A DNA stretch of 63,058 bases, counting the filler, from Chiloscyllium plagiosum (Eukaryota): assembly GCF_004010195.1 (NCBI RefSeq). It is 6 parts of 6 records of this genome, joined end to end, with 100 filler letters (N's around TTAATTAATTAA, not from the genome) between each part and the next. Parts side by side here need not be neighbours in the genome. Positions count along the whole stretch, not along the records: positions 28,810 to 47,952 come from NC_057735.1; positions 48,053 to 56,360 come from NW_025203218.1; 4 more parts are not named here. One strand, given 5' to 3'. The notes below the pieces were generated by a model. It searched no databases. It was given only the letters and a program-made list of their open reading frames with translations, and was not told the DNA's origin. Positions 39,681-52,126 of this stretch are shown in pieces. Both the position numbers and the translations under genes were made by a program. Numbering within the stretch: position 1 is the first letter of the stretch; each line of letters opens with the position of its first letter.

Positions 39681-40114
39681 AGCAAAACAAAATAATATCT
39701 ATGAAGCCAGGTTTCAGTCTGAGATCTGACTTGTCCTGTAATAACATGAACTGGGATCATAGCACGGCCCAATTACCAGTCGATCACATCTTCAACTCAC
39801 CCACACAGGACGGGCTAAAAGCAGAGCTATTGCTGCATTTGGTGCTGTAATCTCTCAGCCCACATTCAGTTTGCGTGTATTTTGCTGCAGTTGCCTCCAA
39901 TGTATCTTGTTGTGCAAAGTCTATCCATGCTCATGCAATCACTTCCTTTAATGTTAAACTCGAACAATCTGATCATTTGCAAGACAAACAATTCAGTGTG
40001 AAAATGTAATGCTGAGAATACAAATAATTCTGTTATTGAAGTGGTTCCATTACGGGGAGTGAACTGCCTGGGGAAATTGATTTTAACAACGCTCATCAAG
40101 TTGCTCCTTTATAG

Positions 40115-40223
40115 CACCTACATGGGGCTCGACAATGGGACCAACCAGCAGCACAGCAGGAACTACTCAGCCTCCTGTTACAACGGCTCTCACCATGTCT
40201 TCCTCCACCATCAGCTCACCCAG
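40115..40223 (+). CDS. Ser/Thr/Pro-rich stalk exon of the CD300/pIgR-like gene
   Basis: Acceptor TTGCTCCTTTATAG, donor AG|GTGCGT. Phase-1 start matches the V exon. (A)PTWGSTMGPTSSTAGTTQPPVTTALTMSSSTISSP. Ends in phase 2. Confidence 0.7.
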
Positions 40224-40818
40224 GTGCGTCTCTTAAACGTTAAAATACTGAGGGAGAGGCCAATACAATCTGCAGTAAAGCTCAGGCCATTGGCCACACA
40301 GCAGAATAAAGTGGGGCTGGAAAATCAAAAACACAGATAACCCAGTGGTTAGTGATTGAGCTGGAAGACAGATGGGCTGTAGGCAGGTTCTGTCCATGGC
40401 TGTAAATATTCGAGACAAACCCATCATCGTCCTGATGGACAGACTTCCTCAATGCAGAACTCCACTCAGGGCAAAGAGTGAAAACTTCCTAACCCGGAGG
40501 AAGTGTGAGGAATGGTGAATTGATTGGGGAGAGTCAAAAGTTCAGATTCTCACTGGCACAGTAAAGTGTTGTGAGGAACTTGGCTCATCGCAAATGATGG
40601 GGTGAATTCCCTAACTACAGACATCTGAAAGTCTAACGTCATCCCTATAAGCGCAAGTAGTCCTTTCCAATTAGTTGTATTTGCCATTCCGAAGGGTTCG
40701 CGAGGTATGGTGGTACTGTCCCCACCTCTGAACCACAAGACCCAGGTTGAATAGGAAAATTTCTACTTGTCAAAAGAAAACGTTTCCCAATCTCTGAGTA
40801 TGCAGCTCACATATAGGG

Positions 40819-41780
40819 TCAGAGAGTCATCGAGATGTACAGGATGGAAACAGACCCTTCGGTTAATCTGTCCATGCCGAACAGATATCCCAACCTAATA
40901 TAATCCCACCTGCCAGCACCCAGCCCATATCCCTCCAAACCCTCCCTATTCATATACCCATCCAAATGTCTTTTAAATGTTGCAATTGTACTAGCCTCCA
41001 CCACTTCCTCTGGCAACTCATTTATCTGCATGAAAAACTTGCCCCTTAGGTCTCTTTTATATCTTTCCTCTCTCACCTTAAACCTATGCCCTCTAGTTCT
41101 GGACTCCCCCACCCCAGGGAAAAGAATTGATGTATTTATCCTATCCATGCCACTCATGATTTTGTAAACCTCTGTAAGGTCACCCCTCAGCCTCCGACGC
41201 TCCAGGGAAAACAGCCCCAGCCTGTTCAGCCTCTCCCTATACCTCAAATCTTCCAACCCTGGCAACATCCTTGTAAATCTTTTCTGAACCCTTTCAAGTT
41301 TCACAACATCTTTCCGATAGGAAGGAGACCAGAATTGCATGCAATATTCCAACAGTGGCCTAATCAATGTCCTGTAAAGATTTGCTTTCCCAAAATGCAG
41401 CACCTCGCATTTATCTGAATTAATCTCCATCTGCCACGTCTCAGCCCATTGGCCCATCTGATCAAGATCCCATTGTAATCTGAGGGAACCTTCTTCACTG
41501 TCCACTACACCTCTAAGTTTGGTGTCATCGGTAAACTTATGAACTATACCTCTTATGCTCACATCCACATCATTTATATAAATGACAAAAAGCAGTGGAC
41601 CCAGCACCAATCCTTGTGGCACTCCACTGGTCACAGGCCTCCAGTCTGAAAAACAACCTCCACCAGCACGCTCTGTCTTCTACCTTTGAGCCAGTTCTGT
41701 ATCCAAATGGCTAGTTCTCCCTGTATTCCATGAAATCTAACCTTGCTGCCCAGTCTCCCATGGGGAATCTTATCAAATGC
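40819..41780 (-). mobile_element. CR1/HER1 RT C-terminal fragment with 3' tail
   Basis: SGVPQGLVLGPLLFVIYIND..KFTDDTKL..YRTLIRPLLEYCMQFWSP..RTRGHRFKV, with an internal deletion. Confidence 0.95.
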
Positions 41781-43954
41781 CAAGGTTCCATGTGGGAGAG
41801 TGATAGCACATGGAATCCAAGGAAATTTGGCAAACTGGATCCACAGTCGCTGAGTGAGAGGAAGCAGAAGGTGATGGTTGAGAGATTCTTTTTCTGACTG
41901 AAAGTCTGTGTACTGTGAAGTTTAACAGAGGTCAGTGGTGCAGCTTTAATCTTTGTCGCTTATATAAATGACACCAACTTGCATAGAGATCAGAATCTAG
42001 AGTCAGTTTCGATAGAGATAAGAAATAAAGAAGATAAAAGGGCATTTGCTGGAATAGGTTATATGCCCCTAATGTAAGCACACTACATGTGGAGTATACA
42101 GGCTAAACATAATGGGTGCTGGTCAAAATGACATGACAATAAATGACAATACTCACCTTCGATATAAATGACGTGCCTGAAGGGACTGAATGTATACTTG
42201 CTAAATTTACTTGTGATTTAAATGATTTGTAGTAAGGTAGCTGCAAAGAGGACACAAGGAATATGTGTAGGGAGACAGGGATCAGTTCAGCGAGGGGGCA
42301 ACTCTTTGGTAAATGGACTATCATGTGGAATAATGTGTCTGTATTCCCATTGCAAGGAACAATAGGAAATCAGCATCATATTCTAATGAAGGCAGCTTGC
42401 TAGAGGGATCGGGGATGTCCTGTGACATGAATCATGAAAAGGTGGAATATGGAGCCAACAAGTGATTATGAATTGAATAATGTGATTTGTTGGAAGAGAA
42501 GTGGAATATATAAGGAGGGATGGTTTGCATCAGTTATGAGGAGTATTGCTGAGACCACAGCTATAATATTGGATACAGTTTTCATCTCCCTATTTAATAA
42601 AAGATACAAATGGGTTACAAGCCATTCAGAGATCGTGCACTCGACTGATACCTATCATGGGGAAGTGTGGTTATCTCATGGGGAAATGTAGAATAGTTGG
42701 GATTCCAAAGATGAGCTTACAGCTTGCTGAATTGTACGCTCTCACTCTCCTTCCAAACTGATGAAGCTCAATGATCTTCCAGCTCAGAGAGTACAATAGA
42801 AAGGACCAATTCTGGATCTTGTTCAATCTACTAACTGTGAGAGACATTCCCACTATTTTATTGCGTGTTCAAAGCTCAAAAACTCTCAATCTGATTACAC
42901 ATTAAACAACCACACCATGCTCACACAACTCTCAATGAATTCAATGTTTTGTTGGAACATTTTTGGATGGAATCCTGCATGGCTGTTATTGAAATTTCTT
43001 TATGAGCTTCAAGTAGAAATGATTTTGTACTGTATTAATTATAGTTCTTTGTTTAATCAGAGATGGTCTCATGAGGGCATGGGCTATAATCCGTTGGCTG
43101 ATCTTTGCTGGTCTGGCTGTTTGCTCTGTTTCAATCACATGCTACACTCGTTTTCAGACATCCCAGGTACACTGATTTAAACCTTTCTTTATGATACTTA
43201 CAAATATTTCACTTCAGTTCAAAAGCTCAAGTGCTTTTAAAGTTGCCTGGAAAAGCAGCAAATAACCCACGGAGAAATGATTTACTCAGAAAAAAATTCC
43301 AGTGTTAGAACAATGGCTCTTGGGGCTTAGTTTATACTTGTCAAAACAATGCTTGGTTGGTCTGCAGATTTTTGTTTCCCATTGGAAATCTGAGATTGGC
43401 TGAATCAAATAAAGTTTTGATCCAAAATAATTGTTTCAATTTCATTGTTATTTTATAAATTTGACCTCATACAAATGTGACATTGAACTGAGGTGTGAGA
43501 GGCAGCAGCTGAAAGTCTCCTCACTCAGCCACAGTGTGTTCTATTGTACAATCCGGAACATGAGATGGATTGACCTGGCTGTACACGTAGGAAATGGAAC
43601 CCCACTCCCCCCACCACGACTCCAGGAAAGTTAAACACATTCAGAGGGTAAAGTCAGAAGACAAATGACATCAGGTTATCGTCCAACATGTTTATTTGAA
43701 ATCACAACCATTTGGAGCCCTGCCCCTTTGTCAGACGACGTGTGACTTCTGACATTATCCACCCCAGTCCAACACCGGCACCCCCCCCAACATGGCTACC
43801 AATTTCAGAGGAAAAAAGGATGGGAAGCAAATTCTCAATTCAGCTGTGGGTTTTGACAAGTATCTCTTGAAATGCCGAACCTTTGAATGATGCTCAATTC
43901 ATTCACTTTCATCAATTCCAATGCTTTAAGTTCATTTCTTACTCTATTCTCCAG

Positions 43955-44026
43955 CCAAACAACTGAAGGATCAACTGAAACGTCAGCCACAGAACAAGAA
44001 TGCAACAGAACTCCACTTGAAGATGG
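43955..44026 (+). CDS. Candidate second stalk exon of the CD300/pIgR-like gene
   Basis: Strong acceptor TTCATTTCTTACTCTATTCTCCAG. Phase-2 start matches the previous exon: (S)QTTEGSTETSATEQECNRTPLEDG. Donor is uncertain (GTCAGA at 44027 or GTATTT at 44064). Confidence 0.55.
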
Positions 44027-44497
44027 GTCAGAAGATTCATTAAATCATGCAAGAAAGTCCAAAGTATTTCGCCATGTATTTAGAAGTTATTCTGCAATGT
44101 TCGGATTATTCACACTTTAATACAATCTGAAAGGCTTTGTAAACTCTACACAATAGACTTGACTTCTCGATATTTTTATAATTGAGTTTCAAGAGGGCAC
44201 TGTCTGTCCTAACATTGTACAGCTCAATCAAAACGCGTTTTACAGTTCCCATGACAACCAAATATCCATATCAATCGAAGATCAATCAATCAGCTTTCTG
44301 AACAAACATAGCTGCCAGTCAATTACGAAGTGAAACGTATTCAACAAAGACGCAATATTATTTCGCTTACACAATCAGTAAGATAGAATAGTATAGATTG
44401 CCAGCTTCTGACAATGACTCCTGGACTCCTGCTGGGTCCCAGGGTCCAATGACTCTGGGCCTCAGCACAGACATTTCAAGGGGCCTCCCGACGTGGC

Positions 44498-46989
44498 ATG
44501 GCACAGCAACATCCCGGCCTGATATAACCACCTCCTGGCCTGGTGTGACAATCTCACGACCAGGCACAACAACCTCCTGGCCGAATATAACAACCTCCCG
44601 GCCTGTTGTGACAACCTCCCGGCCTGGCACAACAATCTCCTGGCCTGGCACAACAACCTCCTGGACGAATATAATAACCTCCCGGCCTGGTGTGACAACC
44701 TCCCGGCCTGGCGTGACAACCTCCCGGCCTGGCACAGCAACCTCCCAGCCTGGCACAGCAATCACCTGGCCTGGTGTGACAACCTCCCGGCCTGGTGTGA
44801 CAACCTCCCGGCCTGGCACAACAATCTCCCGGCCAGGCACAAAAACCTCCCGGCCTGGCACAATTTCCCGGCCTAAAACAGCAACCTCCCAGCCTGGTAC
44901 AACAACCTGCCGGACTGGTGTGACAACCTCCCGGCCTGGCACAACAATCTCCTGGCCTGGCACAACAACCTCCTGGCCGAATATAACAATCTCTCGGCCT
45001 GGTGTGACAACCTCCCGGTCTGGTGTGACAACCTCCCGGCCTGGCACAGCAACCTCCCGGCCTGGCACAGCAATCACCTGGCCTGGTGTGACAACCTCCC
45101 GGCCTGGTGTGACAACCTCCCGGCCTGGCACAACAATCTCCCGGCCTGGCACAACAACCTCCCGCACTGGCGCAAAACCTCCCGACCTGGCAGAGAAACC
45201 TCCCGGCCAGGCACAACAACCTCCTGGCCGAATATAACAACCTCCCGGCCTGGCACAACAACCTCCCGACCTGGTGTGACAACCTCCCGGCCTGGTGTGA
45301 CAATCTCCCGGCCTGGCACAGCAACCTCCCGGCCTGGTGTGACAACCTCCCGGCCAGGCACAGCAACCTCCAGGCCTGGTGTGACAACCTCCCGGCCTGG
45401 CACAACAACCTCACGGCCTGGGACAACAACCTCCCGGCCTGGCACAACAACCTCCCGGCCTGGTGTGACAACCTCCCGGCCAGGCACAGTAACCTCCCGG
45501 CCTGGGACAACAACCTCCCGGCCTGGCACAACAACCTCCCGGCCTGGTGTGACAACCTCCCGGCCTGGCACGACAATCTCCCGGCCTGGCACGACAACCT
45601 CCCGGCCTGGCACAACAACCTCCCGGCCTGGCACAACAACCTTCCGGCCTGGCACGACAACCTCCCGGCCTGGCACGACAACCTCTCGGCCTGGCACGAC
45701 AACCTCCCGGCCTGGCACGACAACCTTCCGGGCCTGGCGTGATAACCTCCTGGCCTAGCACAGGAACCTCCCGGCTGAAAATAACAACCTCCAGATCTGG
45801 TGTGACGAGCTCCGCCTGGCACAACCTCCCGGCCTGGCACAACAACCTCCCGGCCTGGCACAACAACCTTCCGGCCTGGCACGACAACCTCCCGGCCTGG
45901 CACGACAACCTCTCGGCCTGGCACGACAACCTCCCGGCCTGGCACAGCAACCTCCCGGCCTGGCACAGTTCGGGCCTGGCGTGATAACCTCCTGGCCTAG
46001 CACAGGAACCTCCCGGCTGAAAATAACAACCTCCAGATCTGGTGTGACGAGCTCCGCCTGGCACAACCTCTCAGCCTGGTGTGACAACCTCCCAGCCTGG
46101 CAAAGAAACCTCCCGGCCTGGCACAGCAACCTCCCGGCCTGGTGTGACAACCTCCCGGCCTGGCACAGCAACCTCCCGGCCTGGCACAACTACCTCGCAG
46201 CCTGGCACAACTACCTCCCGGCCAGGCACAGCAACCTCCTGGCCTGGAACAACAACCTTCTGGCCTGGCACAACAACCTCCCGGCCTAGCACGACAACCT
46301 CTTGGCCTGGCACGACAACCTCCCGGCCTGGCACGACAACCTCCCGGCCTGGCACAGCAACCTCCCGGCCTGGTGTGATAACTTTCGGGCCTGGCATGAC
46401 AACCTCTCGGCCTGGTGTGATAACCTCCCGGCCTGGCACAGCAACCTCGCGGCTGAAAATAACCACCTCCAGACCTGGTGTGACGAGCTCCGCCTGGCAC
46501 AGCAACCTCCCGGCCTGGCACAATAACCTCCAGGCCTGGCACAACAACCTCCCGGCCTGGAACAGCAACGTCCCGGCCTGGCACAACAACCTGCCGGACT
46601 GGTATGACAACCTCCCGGCCTGGCACAACATCCTCCCGGCCAAATATAACAATCTCCCAGCCTGGCACAACAACCTCCCGGCTGAAAATAACAACCTCCA
46701 GACCTAGTGTGACAACCTCCCGGCCTGGCACAGCAACCTCCCAGTGGAAAATAACAACCTCCCGGCCTGGCATAACAACCTCCCGGCTGAAAATAACAAC
46801 CTCCAGACCTGGTGTGACGAGCTCCAGCCTGGCACAGCAAACTCCCGGCCGAATATAACAACCTCCCAGCCTGGCACAGCAACCTCCCGGCCTGGTGTGA
46901 CAACCTCCCGGCCTGGCACAGCAACCTCCCGGCCTGATGTGACAACCTCCCGGCCTGGTGTGACAACCTCCTGGCCTGGTGTGACAACC
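44498..46989 (+). repeat. 21-bp tandem array (~115-120 units), potentially encoding a TTSRPG(T/V) mucin domain
   Basis: Unit ACAACCTCCCGGCCTGG(CACA/TGTG). The first ~260 codons are open (ORF 44398-45237). Later parts have occasional single-base indels and higher-order block duplications. Confidence 0.97.
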
Positions 46990-47952
46990 AGGGACTTCGA
47001 TGTTGTGGCTATTACGGAGACATGGGTAGAACAGGGACAGGATTGGCTGTTGCAGGTCCCAGGGTTTAAATGTTTTAGTAGGGTCAGAGGTGGGGGTAAA
47101 AGAGGGGGAGGTGTGGCATTGCTTGTCAAAGATAGTATTACTGCTGTGGAAAGGACGATGGAAGACGACTCGCCATCTGAGGTAGTTTGGGCTGAGGTTA
47201 GGAATAGGAAAGGTGAGCTCACCCAGTTAGGAGTTTTTTCAGACCTCCTAATAGTCCTAGAAACGTAGAAGAAAGGATTGCGAGGATGATTCAAGAGAAG
47301 AGTGAAAGTAATAGGGTGGTTGTTATGGGGAACTTTAACTTTCCTGATATTGATTGGGAAAGCTATAGCTCAAATTCGTTAGATGGGTCAGTGTTTGTCC
47401 AATGTGTGCAGGAGGGTTTCCTGACACAATATGTAGATAGGCCAACAAGAGGTGAGGCCATACTAGATTTGGTTCTGGGTAATGAACCAGGCCAGGTGTT
47501 AGAATTAGAGGTAGGTGAGCACTTTGGGAACAGTGACCACAATTCGGTGACTTTTACTCTAGTGATGGAGAGGGATAAGTATGCACTACAGGGCAAGAGT
47601 TATAGATGGGGGCAGGGAAATTATGATGCGGTGAAGCATGACTTAGGATGTGTGGCCTGGAAAAGTAAGCTTCAAGGCAAGGGCGTAACTGATATGTGGA
47701 GCTTGTTCAAGGAGCAACATTGAGTGTCCTTGATAAGTATCTACCTGTCAGGCAGGGAGGAAAGGATCGTGTGAGGGAGCCGTGGTTTAATAAGGAATCG
47801 GAATCCCTTGTTAAAGGGAAGAGGGCGGCCTATGTAAAGATGAGGCGGGAAGGTTCAATTGGGGCGATTGAGAGCTATAAGGTAGCCAGGAAGGACCTGA
47901 AGAGAGAGCTAAGAGCAGCAAGGAGGGGACATGAAAGGTCCTTAGTTGATAG
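46990..47952 (+). mobile_element. CR1 ORF2 APE endonuclease fragment
   Basis: FDVVAITETW..GGGVALLVKD..VVMGNFNFPDIDW..CVQEGFLTQYVDRPTRGEAILDLVL..SDHNSV. Confidence 0.95.
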
Positions 47953-48589
47953 NNNNNNNNNNNNNNNNNNNNNNNNNNNNNNNNNNNNNNNNNNNNTTAA
48001 TTAATTAANNNNNNNNNNNNNNNNNNNNNNNNNNNNNNNNNNNNNNNNNNNNTCAGGTCCTTGGGATTTATTGACCTTTATATGATCTTTAGCATCTCCT
48101 CATTTGTATGTGGACTCTTTTCAAGACATCACTATTTTTCGATATTCCCTCACTTTCATGCCCTTCTCCACAATAAATACTGACCTGAAATGTTTGTTTA
48201 GGATCTCACCCATCTCCTGTGTCATACCAAAATACAGCACTCACATTTATCTGAATTAAACTCCATCTGCCATTCCTCAGCCCACTGGCTCAGTTGGTCA
48301 AGATCCCATTGTACTCTTACACAGCCTTCTTCACTGGCCACGATGCCACCTGAAACTTCACCTGAACACACTCTCACAACTCTGGCCCCTCTCTGCCTGT
48401 TACACAGCTACTACCCCAATCTATATTCAGAAATTAAATCCCCCCTTTCCCCCACATTAAAACCACTCTATCTCACTCTCAGGTCTCTGTAAATTTCTTG
48501 CATTTGTATTCCTTCACATCCTTCCCACTGGGTGGTGACTTATTGACTGCACTGAGAATTCTGTGGACCTTGGTGTTCCTCTCTGATAT

Positions 48590-49490
48590 TCCCTCTGGCT
48601 CCCACAGTCCTGCCAAGTTAGTTTAAATTCTCTCCAACAGCACTAGTAAATCATTCCAAATCAGTGCCAGCTCTGTTCAGGAGCAACACTGTCTGGTCTG
48701 TCCAGGTCCCATCTCCCCAAGACCCAGTCCCAATGTCCCAAGAATCTGAAGCCCTCCCTCCTGGATCCTCTTTCAAGCCCCACATTCACCTGTGTTACCC
48801 TCCCGTTCCTCTTCTCACTTGTGTGGGGCACTGGAAGTAATCCGGAGATTCCTATATTATAGTTCCTGCTGCTAATTCCCTCCTGAGCTCCTTAAATTCT
48901 GACTGCAGGACCATCCCTTTTCTCCCTCTGTCACTGGGACCGATGTGGACCACGACTGCTGCCTGTTCCCCCTCTCCCCTCAGGGTGCTCTGCAGCTGCT
49001 CAGTGACATCCTTGACCCTGGCACCAGGGAGACAACACACCATCCTGAATTCTCATCTGCAGCAGCAGAAACACCTATCGATTGCCCTCGCTCTCGAATC
49101 TCCTCTCACTATCGCTCTTCCAGTCTTCCTTGTGTCCCCCTGAACAGCTGAAATCCCCGTGGTACCGTGGACTTGTCTCTGGCTGCACTCCCCAGATGTA
49201 CCATCATTCTTATCAAAATTCCAAACTGAATCCTGGTTGGAGAGTGGGATGCGCTCAGGGGATTCCTGTACTAGCTGCCTGGTCCTTTTGGACTGTCTGC
49301 TGCTCCCCCATTCCCTCTCTCCCTGCATACTCTGAAGCTGCAGAGTGACCACATCTAGAAACGTTTCTCCACGGAGCTCTCAGCCTCACGGACGCTCCGC
49401 ACTGACACCAGCTGCTGGTCAAGCTCCGAAACCTGGATCTCCACCTGCTGTCACTGACCACACTTCCTCCACTCATGGTGGGAAGCATTC
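48590..49490 (-). mobile_element. CR1 ORF1 (SGNH esterase-like) fragment
   Basis: AIVRGDS..RMVCCLPGARVKDVTEQL..VVVHIG. Confidence 0.8.
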
Positions 49491-49539
49491 AGATCCTAAC
49501 TACCTCTGTGTGAAGTACACTCAATGATAGGGCCTCCCT

Positions 49540-51560
49540 AGCCTTCTGCAGCAGTGAGTTCCACAGATTCACAACCCTATGGCGGATGGAATCTCAGTTC
49601 AAAAGGGTCTTCCCTTCACTCTGAGGCTGTGCCGTCAGGTCCCGGTCTCTGCCCCTGTTGGAAACATCTTCTCCACATCCACTCGAGACAGGTCTCTCAG
49701 TATTCTGTAAGTTTTAATGAGATTCCCTGCATCCTTCTAAACTCCATCGAGTCCTCAACTGTTCCTCATATGATAGCCCTTCATCCCCAAGATCATTCTT
49801 GTAAAACTCTTCTCTACACTCTCCAATGCCTGCACATTCTTCCTTATATACAGGGCCCAAAACTGCTCACAATACATGAATTGTGTTCTGACCAGAGCCT
49901 TATGCAGCTTCAGCGGTACACCTCTTTTCTTGTGATTAGATTCCCTCAAGTATGGAAACAGGCCCTTCAGCCCAATAAGTCTACACCGACCCTCTGAAGA
50001 GCAACCAACCCAGACCCTTTCCCCTATATTTATCCCTGACTAACGCACCTAGCACGATGGGCAATTTAGCATGGCTAATTCACCTCACCTGCACATCTTT
50101 GGACTGTGGGAGGAAACCCACGCAGATACGAGGAGAATGTGCAAACTCCACATAGACAGTTGCCCGAGACAGGAATTGAACCCGGGTCCCCTGCGCTGTG
50201 AGGCAGCAGTGCTAACCACTGAGCCACCGTGCCACATGTTCTAGCCTTCTGTAAATGAATGCTGACATTGCATTTGTGCTCCTAACTGCCAACTGAACCT
50301 ACATGGTAACGTTAAGAAAAACCTGATTATGACTCCTCAGTACCTTTGTGATTCAGATTTGTGAATCCTTTCCTCATTTAAAAAACAGTCTATGCCTTTA
50401 TCCTTCTTGCTAAAGTGCATAAGCTCACACTTTCCCACACTGTTTTCCATCTGCCACTACTTTGTCCACTCTCTGAGCCTGATGATTTCCCACACTGTAT
50501 TCCATCTGCCACTTCTTTGTCCACTCTCTGAGCCTGATCATCTCCTTCTTCAGCTTCTCCACTTCCTCAACACGACCTGTCCCTCCACTTATCTTTGGGT
50601 TACCTGCAGATTGAGCAACAATGTCCTCAGATCCTTCATCCAGATCATTAATGAATCATTCATTTTTGGTGAATAGCTGTAGTCGCAGCACGGACCATTG
50701 CAGGATCACACTAGTCACCGGTTACCATCCTGAAAAAGATCCTTTTATCCCACTCTCTGCCTTCTGCCAGGCGGCCAACCTTCTATCCATGCCAGGACCT
50801 TGTCCCTAACACCACGGGCTTTTCTCTTCTTTAGTAGCCTCCTGTATGGCACATTGTCAAAGGCTGTCTGTAAATCCAAATAGATCACGTCCACTGGCTC
50901 TCCTTTATCTAACTTGTTCATTCCTTCCTCCAAGAATTCGAACAGATTTGTCAGGCCATCCCTTGATGAAGCCATGCTGACACAGCCCGACTTGACCATG
51001 CACTTCCAACTCCGCTGCAATCTCATCCTTAAACTGAAGTCTACGATCTGACTAAAGACTGAGGTCAGACTAACCAGCCTATAACTTCCCATCTTCTGCC
51101 TCCCTCCTTTCTGAAACAGGGGCGTTACATTAGCCATTTTACAGTCCTCTTGGACTCTCCCTGACTCCAGTGATTCCTGAAAGATCACCACCAATGCTTC
51201 CACAATCTGCTCAGCTATCTCCTTCAAACTCTGGGGTGTAGTCGATCCAGTCCGGCTGATTTATCCATCTCAGAACTTTCAGCTTCCCCAGCAACTTCTC
51301 CTCAGTGATCACCATTAGTCTCATCTCTGCCCCTGAATCTCTTTAAGTTCTGGTATACTACTGGTGTCTTCTACTGTGAAGACTGATGTAAAGTCACTAT
51401 TCAGATCCTCTGCCATTTCCTTGTTCCCCATTAGTACTTTTCCAGCCTCATTTTCCAGCAGTCCAACATCCAGTCTTGCCTTCCTCTTAGCTTTTATATT
51501 TCGACAAAAAAAAAGTCTTGCAATCTTCTTTTATATTACTGGCTGGCAAACTTTCATATT
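49540..51560 (-). mobile_element. Decayed CR1 ORF2 RT
   Basis: ANVTPLFQKGGRQKMGSYRLVSLTSV, VDVIYLDLQTAFDNVP, LAWIEGW..RRQRVG, KALVRTQFMYCEQFW. Confidence 0.9.
49933..50235 (-). mobile_element. HE1-type tRNA-derived (V-)SINE
   Basis: Reverse complement begins GTGGCACGGTGGCTCAGTGGTTAGCACTGCTGCCTCACAGC..GGGTTCAATTCC (Pol III A and B boxes), then the GTGGAGTTTGCACATTCTCC core and a CR1-like tail. Confidence 0.92.
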
Positions 51561-51594
51561 TCATCTTCTAACCCCTTTTTGTATTTTTAGTTAT

Positions 51595-52126
51595 AAACTT
51601 ACAGAATCCTTGGGTTTTAAAATACAGCACAGAGTAAAAAAGCAAGGAAGCAATGCTACACCTCTACAGATCACTGATGAGACCAGATTTGGAAGATTGT
51701 GTTCAGTTATGAACACCTTATTTAAAGAGCCATATTAAAACCCTGGAGAGAGATCAAAGGAGTTTTATCGAAATGATACCAGGAATGAGTGATTTTAGAT
51801 ACAAGGAAAGTTTAGAGAGATTGGGCTTATTCCCCTCAGAGCAGAGGAGATTAAGAGGTGATCTTATAGAGTTGTTCACTGTTTTGAACAATTTTTGACA
51901 GGGTTAAGGAGGATATTTTCTTTCCATGAGTTGGTATGTCTGTAACTAGAGGCAACAATTTCAAGATGGTCAACAAGACAGCTTGGAGTGAGATGAGGGA
52001 GTTGTTAGGATTTGGAACATGCTGCCTGACAGGATGGTGGAGGTGGATTCTGTTGAAGGTTTCAATGTGTATATTTGAAATTGATGAAGTTAGAGAGCAA
52101 CAGAGATCAGTCTGGAGAGTGGGACT
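51595..52126 (+). mobile_element. Decayed CR1 3' fragment
   Basis: YRSLMRPDLEDCVQL..EQRRLRGDLIELF remnants. Confidence 0.7.

Noticed and set aside
44367-46987. Long minus-strand and alternative-frame ORFs (VVPGREV, CCARPGG, LCQAGRL, WHNNLPA)
   Set aside because: By-products of a 21-bp repeat that is open in several frames, with no supporting gene context on those frames.
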